NCBI GenBank assembly: GCA_014905635.1
Contig: CM026547.1
Span: forward strand, 434,001 to 498,000
DNA length: 64,000 nt
Source of the DNA: Scenedesmus sp. PABB004
Taxonomy: Eukaryota
Direction of reading: 5' to 3'
Part shown: one piece after another, positions 12,438 through 22,856 of the stretch
Numbering within the stretch: the first letter of the stretch is position 1
Layout of the letters: each line of letters opens with the position of its first letter
Made by a program: the position numbers and the translations under genes
The notes under the pieces: model-generated
What the model saw: only the letters and a program-made list of their open reading frames with translations
What the model was told of the DNA's origin: nothing
The model's database searches: none

Positions 12438-13765
12438 CGCACCTGCAACACGCGGACGCTCTCGTCCATGTGCGTTTTGCTCTCGATGCGCATGTCGCTC
12501 ACCGCCAGCAGCTGCCCGATCGCGCTGAGCACCAGCAGGGGCGGGTTTTTGGAGCGCAGCAGCAGGCCAACCTCCTCGCCCGTCAGCACGCTGCGCGCGC
12601 ATGCGGCGGGCGAGGCGTCGGGCGCGCGCAGCCGCGGCCGCGCGGAGCTGGGCTGGGGCGCCGCCGCACCCGGCGGCCAGGCCCTCCAGGTCCTCCTCGT
12701 GGCCGCGCAGGTGGACCATGAGCGTGACGGGGAAGACGCGCAGCCAGCGCAGCAGCGCGCAGCGCACGGCGTCGTTGCCGCCGCCGTCGCGCCCCGACGA
12801 CGGCAGCCACTGCTCCGTCTGGCGCGCGAGGTGGGTGCAATCGTTCACGATCATGCGCCAGCAGTCGCGCGCCTCCCACCAGCGCTCGTAGCTCGAGTTT
12901 GTCCTGAACACCAGGAGCAGCGATAGCGCAAAGGTGCTGATGCTGAAGATGCCGCTGCTGTTCAGGTTAATCGTCGGCCACTCCAGCTGCGCGGCGGCGC
13001 GGGCGCGGGCGCGGGCGCTGGGCCGCGGCGCGCGGGCTGCGCGGCGCGCGGGCGCTGTGCGCTGGGCCGCGGCGCGCGGGCTGCGCGGCGCGCGGGCAGC
13101 GGCGGCGCGGGCTGCGCGGCGACGCACGTCCGGCGCCAACCACTGGATGGCATGCATGTCCAACAGCGTGTGGTACGTGCAGACCGAGGCACAGATCGAC
13201 GCCACGTAGAGCATCGGCCCGAGCAGCCCGCGCGCGATGCGCGACGTGAGGATGCCCTGCATGTGCCGCGCGTAGCGCGCCGTGCTGCGGTGCTCCTCCC
13301 AGCTGTGCGCGTCGAAGACCTGCGGCGCGGCGGCGGCGGCGCTGAGGGCGGCGCGCGCGTGCGGCGCTGTCCGCCGCCACAGGCTGCTCTGGCGCCGCGC
13401 ATGGCGCGCGGGGCGTCCTGGCACGCTCGATTGCCTGACGGTGAAGGCGTTTCTGGACCAAGCGCGCTCCAGCGGCCGCGCGCCCGGCAGCCGGGATGCT
13501 GCCCCGCCGAGCGGGCCCCACCGGCCAAAGCCACCGCCCCGCGCGCCCCGCACGGCACACCGGGGTGTCACGCGCCCCGTCACCGCCCCCTAGAGCTCAC
13601 CACGCGCCGGAAGCTCCGCCCCAGCTCGCGGTCGCTGTCGCCGTCCACTGCCGCGGTGCCCACGGGCTGCGCCGGGCGCCGCCGCGCCAGGCGCGGCGCC
13701 GCGGCGGCCCAGGGGCGGCCACTCGCGCCGGCCCGCGCCCGGGCGGGCAGAGCTGAGCGCAGCAT
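11244..13765 (-). CDS. Bestrophin-like (UPF0187; VCCN1/BST-type) chloroplast anion channel, 9 exons including a 1-nt exon at 11717
   Basis: Transit-peptide-like start; W..HRS..RY, LSLLLVFRTNSSYERWWEAR, CEKILTTPIPVSYTRHTGRFL, GIEEIGVQIEEPFGILALE motifs. Confidence 0.93.
12369..12436 (+). repeat. (CAG)n microsatellite in a bestrophin intron
   Basis: About 22 gca/cag units, lying between a donor near 12442 and an acceptor near 12233. Confidence 0.9.
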
Positions 13766-13839
13766 GCCGCCGTGTGCGCGGCGGCAGCGGCGGCGCCTCT
13801 CTCTCCGACGCGAGCGCGGGCGGGCGGGGGCTGGTTGCG

Positions 13840-14494
13840 GGTGCGCAGCGCTGGGGCTGTGGGCGTCGCACGCGGTGCGTCGCACGCGGTGTGGCGCCGT
13901 CGGCGGCGGGCTGCGCAGCGAGGGCCACCGGCGCGGGCCAGGGCGCAGCGCCGCGCTGGACCCTGGCCGCGGGCGCGCGGTGAGCACGTCGGCGCGGCGG
14001 CCGGGCGCGCCGCCGGTTGACCGCCCGGCGCGGCGGCACCGGGTTGCCTAGCACCGCGCCGACCGCTGCCAGCGCGAGCGCGCCTGTCGCCGGGGCCGTG
14101 CGCGGGGGCGTGCGGCGGCGTGCCCGGCCCGCCCGGCCCGCCCGCGCGGTGGCGGCAGCAGCGCTGCGCAGCGCGGGCCGGCACCGCCTGCGCCGGGCGG
14201 CGCGCGCGTTCTGCGCGGCGCCAAGCGCCGGCCGACTCGCGCCGCGCGTGGCGGTGGCGCGTCGGGAGGGCTAGTGTGCCGGGCAAGCCTCAAACACCTA
14301 CGCGGCCCCCACCCCCGCGCCGGCAGCACGCGCCCGAGCCCGCACCCCACACGCCCGCGGCGCGGCGCACGGCGATCGCGCTCCGGCCCAGGCACGCCCC
14401 GAGCAGGCGGGACAGCGACGTGCGGCGCGGCGTCGACGCCCGCTCGGCGCCCACCGCTCCGCAGCCGCGCGGGGCGCGCGTGGGGTAGACGCCC
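13840..14494 (-). repeat. ~650-bp inverted repeat, copy B (partner 10256-10888); immediately upstream of the bestrophin ATG
   Basis: Direct comparison with copy A; differs by substitutions and small indels such as a duplicated cgcggtgcgtcgca. Confidence 0.95.
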
Positions 14495-14601
14495 CCCGCC
14501 CCGCGGCGGCGGCGCCGAGCTCGCCGACAAGGGCCGGCCGCCTCTGTTACCCGTGGCCCGCCCGGACACCCCGCCGCGCGCAGCGCGCGCGCACGCCTGT
14601 G

Positions 14602-15387
14602 TCACGTGTGCAGCGCCGTGTACGTCAGGACCCACGTCAGCTGCGGGAGCGCGTGCGGCGGCCGTCGGCGGGCGGGGGGGGGGGGGGGAGGGCGCCGGGG
14701 CGATCCCGGACGGCGAGGGGCGCGCGGGGCGCGCCGCTGCCGCGGGGCGCGCCGCTGCCGCGGGGGCGCCGCTGCCGCAGTGCGCACCAGGAAGCTCGGG
14801 ATGCAGCTCGGCATGCCCTCGCCGCAGAGGTCACCGTGGCCGCCAAACTCCTCCTCGTCCACGCTGCGGCGCGCGGCATGCGGCGCGCGGCATGCGGCGC
14901 TCAGCCCCCGCGCCGCCGCCGCCGCCGCCGCTGCCGCTGCCCCCGTCGAGGCGGCAGGCGGGCCGCCGCGCACCCCAGGACGCTCTTGTAGGCCGCCACC
15001 GTCAGCAGGATGTTGAACACTACAAACCTGCGGGGTTGAAAGACGTGCTCAGGGCACGCCGAACCCGCCGCGGCCGCCGCTGCCGCGCGCGCGCCGCGCC
15101 CGCTGCTCACGAGATGAACCCGGGCAGGCCGGTCAGCTGGAACACGCCCCACACGAGGCCGAGCGCGATGCCGAGGATCTGCCGCCACCAGAAGATGACG
15201 TCCAGCAGCTCGTCCTGCGAGCGCGGGCAGCGCGGGCGGCGGCTGCGGTTGGCCGCCGCCGCGCCCGCCCGCCGCCCCCGGCGCGCGCAGCGGCGCCGCG
15301 CCGCACCTTCTCCCACTTGGCGGCGTCGCGCTGGCGCATCTTGGCCAGGGCGTCCCCCAGCCTCCGCGCGCGGCCGGCCTCCGCCAT
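14602..15387 (-). CDS. RAB5IF: Rab5-interacting protein family (RAB5IF/OPTI, EMC6-like) membrane protein, 5 exons
   Basis: WEK|DELLDVIFWWRQILGIALGLVWG..LTG, VDEEEFGG..L..EG, FL|LTWVLTYT. Confidence 0.9.
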
Positions 15388-15808
15388 CGCTGCGCCGGCG
15401 CCGGCGTCGCGCTGCTGCTGCTGCTGCTGCTGCTGCTGCGCCGGCCGAGTGCGCGCGCTGCCGATCCCAGCCGGGTGGTGGGTTGGCCCTGCAGCCCGCG
15501 GCGGTGCTGCCACACGCGACCAAGCGCGTCCTCGCACAGGGGGCGCCCAGATGCACAGCGGGCGGAGCGACTGCGGCGGGAACGCCCGGCGCCGCGATCG
15601 GTGGCCACTCCCACGGTCTGCTGGGCGCGCCAGGGCGCGTCAGAGGCTCAGCGCGCCTCCGCAGGGTTGAGCCTCAGGCGCAGCCGAGCGGGCGCCACCC
15701 CGCCTCGCGCCCCTGGCCATCGCGCCACGCCCCCGCGCCGGGCAGACCCCCCCGCCGCGATCAGTGCGGCGCGGAGGAGCGCAGGGCGCATTCCCCGCGC
15801 CATTTGCC

Positions 15809-17794
15809 ATGGAGGAGGACTTCGAGCTCCTCGCGGCGCCCGACGTCCTGAGCCTCGGCGACAGCGCGTCCCTCGACGATGTCATCAGCCTGGACGACGA
15901 GCTGGAGGCGCGCGACGACCTGAGCGCGCACGCCAGCGACGAGCTCGCGCACGCCGTGCTCTCCGCCACCAGCGAGGACGCGGGGCCTGCCCCCGGCGTG
16001 CTGCAGGTGCGATGCGTCGCGCCGCAGGGCGGGCGGCTGCCGCGGGGGCGCACATCGCCGGCGCGGGCGGCGCCAGGCGGGCGCGCGCGCGCCGCCGCCG
16101 CCCGACCACGGCCCCGCCGCCCCCGTGCGCGCGCAGGGCCTGCTGCACGAGGCGCTGGCGTCCATGGGCGCCGCCGCGCCGGCGCTGGCCGAGCCCGGCG
16201 CGCCCGACGCGGCGGACGCGCCCGCCGCGGCCGCGCCGCCGCCGGCGGCCCCGCTGCGCGACGCTGCCGCTGCCGCCGACGGCGCGGGCGCGGGCGCGGC
16301 GCCGCACCCCGCGGCCGGCGCGAGGCGTGCGGTGGCGGTGGTGCTGCTGGCGGCCTACGCGGCCGCAGTGGCGGCGGCGCTGCTGCTCGGGGGCCCGGGG
16401 GCCGCGCCCCGCGGCCCGGCGGCGGCCTGCGCGCGCTGCTGCTCGGCGCGCCGCCGCGCCCGCGCGCCGCGGCGCCGGCGCCCGCCGCGGGCGCCTGGAG
16501 CGGCGGCCCCGCCGGCCCGTGGGCGCCGCTGGGCCACACGCGCCACGCCAACGCGAGCGGCCGCGCGGGCGCAGACGCCGCCGTGGCGCGGCGCCGCCGG
16601 CCCGCCACCGCGGCGGCGCGGGCGCTGGCGCTGCAGGCGCCGCCCGCGTCGCCGCCCGGCGGCGCGGCGGTCGTCAACCCCCTGCTCTCCTGCCCGCGCG
16701 CCTGGCAGTGCGTGCTGCTGCGCAACGGCTCCCGCGCCGCGGCGGCGCCCCGGCGCGCCAGCGCGGCGCCCGCGGCCGCGGGCGCCGCGCCCGCCGCGAG
16801 CGCGCCGGCGGCCAGCCCCTGGGGCGCGCGGCGCGCCAACGGCTCGCTGCCGCTGCGCCTGTGCAGCTGGCTCTGGAGCTACCATGCCGCCCGCCCGGCG
16901 CAGCGCGGCGGCGCGCGGCCGGCCCCGGCCCCCTGGAGCTTCCGCGCCGCGCCCCCCTGCCTGGGGGCCGGCGGCGGCGGCGGCCGGGCCGCGCGCCGCG
17001 GCGCCAGCCTCCTCGCGCTGCCGGCGCTGCCGCCCCTGGCATACCCGCAGCCGCCGGGCGGCAACGGCAGCGGGGGCCACGTCACGCCGAGCGGGCTCAC
17101 GCTGCCGATGCTGCCACCAAGCCGCAAGGCGGGGGGCGAAGCCGGTGGGCTGACACTGCCGATGCTGGCGCCCATCACCTGCGGCGGCTGCGGCAAGCAG
17201 CTGGCGGCATGGCGCGGAGGCGGCCGCGCCGCCGTCGCGCCCGCGCCCGCGCACGCGCCGCCGACCTGCCCCGCCGCGAGCGCCTGCGCCGCCGAGCAGG
17301 CGCGGCGCCTCGCGTCGGCCGCCCCCGCAACACGTGAGGCGCGGCCGGTGCCGCAGGCGGGGGCGGCGGCGGCGGCCAACGCCACCGGCGCACACACGGG
17401 CAGCGGGTGGGTGGCCAGCTTTGCGTCGCTCCCCCTCCTCCCGCCCGCAAGTGGCGCGGAGCGCCCCCAGCCCCAGCACGCGCCGGCGGCCGGCGCGGAG
17501 CAGCGCGGCGGGAGCGCGGGGCGCGCCGCCGCCGCCTCGCCGGCGCCGGGCGTCGCCGCCATGCTCAAGGGCTGTGTGCCTGCGGCGGGGCCGCCCAGCG
17601 CGCGCGTCGCCTGGATGCAGCCCGCGGCCGTGCCGATGGGCACCGGCGCGCCGCGGCGCGCGCGCGCGGGCCTCCCGGGCAGGCCCCAGCCTGGCAGCGC
17701 GTGGCCGACGCCGCGGGCGGCCGCGCGGCCCGTCGGGGCGGAGGGCGGCCGCCCGGCCGCCCCCCGGCTGCGCGGCGGCGGCGCGGTGGCCTAG
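15809..17794 (+). CDS. Unknown protein: acidic N-terminus, one TM helix, low-complexity C-terminus; apparent 1-nt frameshift near 16390-16420
   Basis: MEEDFELLAAPDVLSLGD...; intron about 16007-16136; TM segment AVAVVLLAAYAAAVAAALLL; TGTAA at 18135. Confidence 0.55.
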   Translation: MEEDFELLAAPDVLSLGDSASLDDVISLDDELEARDDLSAHASDELAHAVLSATSEDAGPAPGVLQVRCVAPQGGRLPRGRTSPARAAPGGRARAAAARPRPRRPRARAGPAARGAGVHGRRRAGAGRARRARRGGRARRGRAAAGGPAARRCRCRRRRGRGRGAAPRGRREACGGGGAAGGLRGRSGGGAAARGPGGRAPRPGGGLRALLLGAPPRPRAAAPAPAAGAWSGGPAGPWAPLGHTRHANASGRAGADAAVARRRRPATAAARALALQAPPASPPGGAAVVNPLLSCPRAWQCVLLRNGSRAAAAPRRASAAPAAAGAAPAASAPAASPWGARRANGSLPLRLCSWLWSYHAARPAQRGGARPAPAPWSFRAAPPCLGAGGGGGRAARRGASLLALPALPPLAYPQPPGGNGSGGHVTPSGLTLPMLPPSRKAGGEAGGLTLPMLAPITCGGCGKQLAAWRGGGRAAVAPAPAHAPPTCPAASACAAEQARRLASAAPATREARPVPQAGAAAAANATGAHTGSGWVASFASLPLLPPASGAERPQPQHAPAAGAEQRGGSAGRAAAASPAPGVAAMLKGCVPAAGPPSARVAWMQPAAVPMGTGAPRRARAGLPGRPQPGSAWPTPRAAARPVGAEGGRPAAPRLRGGGAVA

Positions 17795-19007
17795 GCCGGC
17801 CTGGCGCGCTCGCTCATGCGTCTTCGGTCGCCGTCTGGGGCGCGCTGCTGCACCGTGCGGCGTGCACTCATGTGAGTAATCAATTGCAGCGCCGGCTGAC
17901 GCGTTGGCTGCTGCGTGTGCAGGGCTGCCTGTCTCCCTCTAGTTGTTCCTTTTCGTCTGAGCGCACCACAGTGCGCTGGTGTGAGCTGGTGGTGCGTGCG
18001 CGCCGAGGACTGCGTGGGTGGGCTGACCGCGACGACGGGACTGCGCTCTCACCGACCGACCCCGCACTGCATCGGCCGACTGACTGACTGCGGAGGCTGT
18101 ACTACTAACACACCTGTATATATGTATGTGCGCCTGTAAAACAAGGAACGGTCGCAGAAGCGCGAGTCCAGGGCGAGGAGCGCGCCGGGGCGGCTCGGCG
18201 GCCGCCGGGTCACGCGCCCGCGTTCAAACGCCGCCCCGGCGCCCCGCCCCGGGCCGCGGGCCGCGCTACTCACGCTCCGCCCCTCTCCGGCGGTGCGCAG
18301 GCCGCGCTCTCCGCCCCCTCTCCCGCTTTTGCCAGGTGTCACCAGGACGGGCAACAGTCGCCGCCCGCCACGCCGCCCGCCGGCGCCGGGCGCCGGCTCG
18401 CGAGAGGGGCCTCGAACGGTCCAGGCGGTGCGGCGCGGCTCTGCGCCGTGCGCGGGCGGCGGATTTGGCGGCGGTCGGGGGTTCAGCCTGGGCCGTCGGG
18501 CGCCTCTGCTGGGCCCATCTAGGCACCGGCGCCGGCTCCACGCCAGCCTCTGCTCCTCACCTCCCAGCCACCAGCCGCTGTCCCTGCACGGCGCGCTCCT
18601 CCCTCACCCCACATCCACCCTCAGCGCCTCCAGCCAGCCAGGTGCGGCCAGGCCGCGGACGCGGCAGCGCGGGCGCTGATCGGCGGGGGCGTAGGCCAGA
18701 GCGCCGTCTGGCGGCGCGGCGCGGCGCGATCGGGGGCCGTGCCGCCGCGCACCCGCGCCTGCTCCAGCAGGATCGCGCGGGCCGTTTCACCGCGGCGCGG
18801 CCAGCGCGCGGCGGGGCGCCCGGGGCCGCCCCGGGGCGGCGTTGATGCAATGCAGGCGCCGCGCCCGCCCTGGCGCCCGCGTCAGCGAGGCAGCGCGGGC
18901 GAGCCAGTTCAGTCGGACGCCTGCGGCGGGCGCGCCGCAAAAGGCGCGCCGCGCGCCTCACGTGCCGCCCGCCCCGCGCACCGCCTATCCCGGCTGCCGC
19001 AGGCAAG

Positions 19008-21719
19008 ATGCGTGTCGCCGTTGTGCTCCTGGCCCTCCTGGCCGTGGCCCACGCCGATGTTGCCGGTGCGCGCGCGCGGGCCCGGGGCGGCGGCCGGTGG
19101 CGGCCAGCGGGCCGTCGGCGCGGCGGGCGGCGCGCAGCGCGCGGCGCAGGCAGCGCCGGCGCCGGAGTGCCTGGGTCAGCGCCATGGCCCGCCCAGACGC
19201 CAGCGCAGCAGTCTGGCGGGCTGCAAGCCGGCGGCTGCCCGTCGGGAGGTCCTGGGCGTCCCCTGGGCGCCCCCTGCGCGGCCCGGCGGCGCGAGCCGCC
19301 GGTGCAGCGCGCCGGGGCAGCAGCCCGGGCAGGGCACGCGCGCGGTGACATCGGCCGCAGCGCGAGCTGCGACACTGGCGCGCGCCGGCGGAGCGCGGAA
19401 GCCAGCGACGGGGCGCGGCGGCGCAGAACGCCGCAGCCAGGCAGCACCAGCAGCAGCACCGGCCGGCCGGCGGGCCAGGCAGCATGCTGCGAGGCGGCCA
19501 GAGAGCCAGAAGCCGCAGCGGGCCGGCATCGCTGCGGTGGCATGGCGGGGGCGGGATGGACTGACGTTTTTTTGCCAGGGCGCTGGCCTTGAGCGCCTGC
19601 GGCCGCGCCGCGCAGCCGCCGACGCTGTCGCCGCTGCCGCTGCGCAGGCCGCACCCTCCAGGGCGCCGGCAAGGGCGAGGCCGTGCAGAGCGTGATCGAC
19701 GCCAAGACCAAGTTCATCAACAGCCTGCTGGCCGCCAAGACCGCCGGCAAGGGCGCCACCGCTGCGTCCACCGCGACCAAGGCCAACCCCAGCGCGCCCC
19801 CGACCGTGAAGGCCGAGGCGCCCGCCGCCAAGACCCTGAGCCTGCCCACCTTCACCAAGCCCACCATCACGGTGCCCACCCTCTCGGTGCCCACCGTCTC
19901 CGTGCCCACCGTGAGCGTGGCTGCCGCCGCCAAGCCCGCGGTCGCCGCGGCGACCGCCGACACCGGCAAGGGCGCCAAGACCCTGTCCATCCCGACCATC
20001 TCTCTGGGCAAGGGCCGCAAGCTCCAGGGCACCGGCAAGGGCGAGGCCGTGCAGAGCGTGATCACCGCCAAGACCACCTTCATCAACAGCCTGCTGGCCG
20101 CCAAGACCGCTGGCAAGGGCGCCGCCGCTGCGTCCACTGCGACCAAGGCCAACCCCAGCGCGCCCCCGACCGTGGCCGCCGAGGCGCCCGCCGCCAAGAC
20201 CCTGAGCCTGCCCACCTTCACCAAGCCCAGCATCGACATCAGCAGCATCTTTGGCAAGGGCGCCGCCGCCTCCGCGGTGAGCACCAAGTCTGCCGACAGC
20301 GGCAAGGGCTTCAGCATCAGCATCACCAAGGGCGCCGCGTCCGCTGAGGCCAAGGCCAACCCCAGCGCGCCCCCGACCGTGAAGGCCGAGGCGCCCGCCG
20401 CCAAGACCCTGAGCCTGCCCACCTTCACCAAGCCCACCATCACGGTGCCCACCCTCTCGGTGCCCACCGTCTCCGTGCCCACCGTGAGCGTGGCTGCCGC
20501 CGCCAAGCCCGCGGTCGCCGCGGCGACCGCCGACACCGGCAAGGGCGCCAAGACCCTGTCCATCCCGACCATCTCTCTGGGCAAGGGCCGCAAGCTCCAG
20601 GGCACCGGCAAGGGCGAGGCCGTGCAGAGCGTGATCACCGCCAAGACCACCTTCATCAACAGCCTGCTGGCCGCCAAGACCGCTGGCAAGGGCGCCGCCG
20701 CTGCGTCCACTGCGACCAAGGCCAACCCCAGCGCGCCCCCGACCGTGGCCGCCGAGGCGCCCGCCGCCAAGACCCTGAGCCTGCCCACCTTCACCAAGCC
20801 CAGCATCGACATCAGCAGCATCTTTGGCAAGGGCGCCGCCGCCTCCGCGGTGAGCACCAAGTCTGCCGACAGCGGCAAGGGCTTCAGCATCAGCATCACC
20901 AAGGGCGCCGCGTCCGCTGAGGCCAAGGCCAACCCCAGCGCGCCCCCGACCGTGAAGGCCGAGGCGCCCGCCGCCAAGACCCTGAGCCTGCCCACCTTCA
21001 CCAAGCCCACCATCACGGTGCCCACCCTCTCGGTGCCCACCGTCTCCGTGCCCACCGTGAGCGTGGCTGCCGCCGCCAAGCCCGCGGTCGCCGCGGCGAC
21101 CGCCGACACCGGCAAGGGCGCCAAGACCCTGTCCATCCCGACCATCTCTCTGGGCAAGGGCCGCAAGCTCCAGGGCACCGGCAAGGGTGAGGCCGTGCAG
21201 AGCGTGATCACCGCCAAGACCACCTTCATCAACAGCCTGCTGGCCGCCAAGACCGCTGGCAAGGGCGCCGCCGCTGCGTCCACTGCGACCAAGGCCAACC
21301 CCAGCGCGCCCCCGACCGTGGCCGCCGAGGCTCCCGCCGCCAAGACCCTGAGCCTGCCCACCTTCACCAAGCCCAGCATCGACATCAGCAGCATCTTTGG
21401 CAAGGGCGCCGCCGCCTCCGCGGTGAGCACCAAGTCTGCCGACAGCGGCAAGGGCTTCAGCATCAGCATCACCAAGGGCGCCGCGTCCGCTGAGGCCAAG
21501 GCCAACCCCAGCGCGCCCCCGACCGTGAAGGCCGAGGCGCCCGCCGCCAAGACCCTGAGCCTGCCCACCTTCACCAAGCCCACCATCACGGTGCCCACCC
21601 TCTCGGTGCCCACCGTCTCCGTGCCCACCGTGAGCGTGGCTGCCGCCGCCAAGCCCGCGGTCGCCACGGCGACCGCCGATGCTGGCGCCAAGACCTTCAG
21701 CCTTGGCAAGGGCCTGTGA
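19008..21719 (+). CDS. Secreted Lys/Thr/Ala/Ser/Pro-rich tandem-repeat protein (709 aa), exons 19008-19065 and 19648-21719
   Basis: Signal peptide MRVAVVLLALLAVAHA; phase-1 GT-AG intron joins in frame; strong codon bias; 5'-UTR intron about 18642-19002. Confidence 0.85.
19648..21700 (+). repeat. Coding tandem repeat, 573-bp (191-aa) period plus a shorter 366-bp first unit
   Basis: gcagagcgtgatc recurs at 19685, 20051, 20624 and 21197; units nearly identical. Confidence 0.95.
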
Positions 21720-22856
21720 GCAGCCAACACGTCGTGCCAGCTGGCTGCAGCTCTGGCACGTGTGAGCAGCTGTCGTGCAGGCGCGCTGCGCAGCGGCCGT
21801 GGCTAGGAGCTCCTGGCGACGGCGCGCTGCGCAGCAGCCTGTGTAGCAGGCGCTGGCTGGCGCCGCTGCGCTGCAGCGCGCGGCTGCCGGCCCGCAGCCG
21901 GGGGTCTTGGGGGGAGGGGCCGGGGCACGCGTGGCGTGCAGCGCGCACCCTGCGCCGCTGGCATTGATTTTGATGCAGGGTGTTGGGTGGGCGCGCTGCA
22001 CGCGCGCGGGCGGCGGGGGGTCGGGTGTGCGCGGCGCGCGCGCGCACGAGAGTGACCGTGGGCCTCGGTGGCGGTGTGGTGATCTGATGCAGCCGGCGCG
22101 CTGCATCCCTAGCAGAGCACCCGCTCCCGCGCGCGCTGGCTGGGCGCGCGCGGGGCCACCATGGTTTGTTGCGGCTCGCCTCTCTGAAAAATACACACCG
22201 ACTGCGAAGAAGAAGGCGCGCGTTTGACAGCCCCGAACCAAATAGACCTGCATCCTCGAGCGACCGGCCCATACGTATGTGCATCCAGGGCGCGTGTGTG
22301 AGCGTGCGTCGACGGGGCGGTGGTGGCTGGCTGCAGGGCCTGTGCGCAGCAGCGACGACGGGCGTGGCGGCGGCGCCCGGCAGCGCCGCGCTCGCGCACG
22401 CGCGAGCGCGGCGCTGCCGGGAATAACGCGACCGCGGAAGGGGGCTGCCCCGCCCCGGCCTGTGCCGGGGCGCTGGCGGTGGCACGCACGCGCGCCCCTG
22501 CCGGCCCGCAGGCCCCGGCCGGCGGCGGGCGGCAGCAGCTGTCCGTACAGCTGCGACGCGCTGCGCGCGCCGAGTCGGATTGCTTGCTTCCCATTTCTCG
22601 CAGAGAGAGCGGTCGGGGTCGGGCGCCACTGAACTGACGGACTGCAACAGCCCAGTGAACCCTGCGTGACGTGCGCCCCCCTCCGCGGCGCCCGGCCGTT
22701 ACAGAGTACAGAGTCAGTCAGTCGCGATCAGGCGGTCAAAAATGTCTGCGCCCGCCGCCAAAACTGGGCAAAATGGCGCGCGCTCAACCGACCAGCGCTC
22801 ATCGTCTCATCACAACCTCGCGGCGCGCGGCGCAGCGCGTGTCCTCACGACAAGCC

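Noticed and set aside
18557..22253. 1057-aa and 1025-aa minus-strand repeat ORFs
   Set aside because: Antisense to the secreted repeat gene, which has a signal peptide, splice sites and codon bias on the + strand
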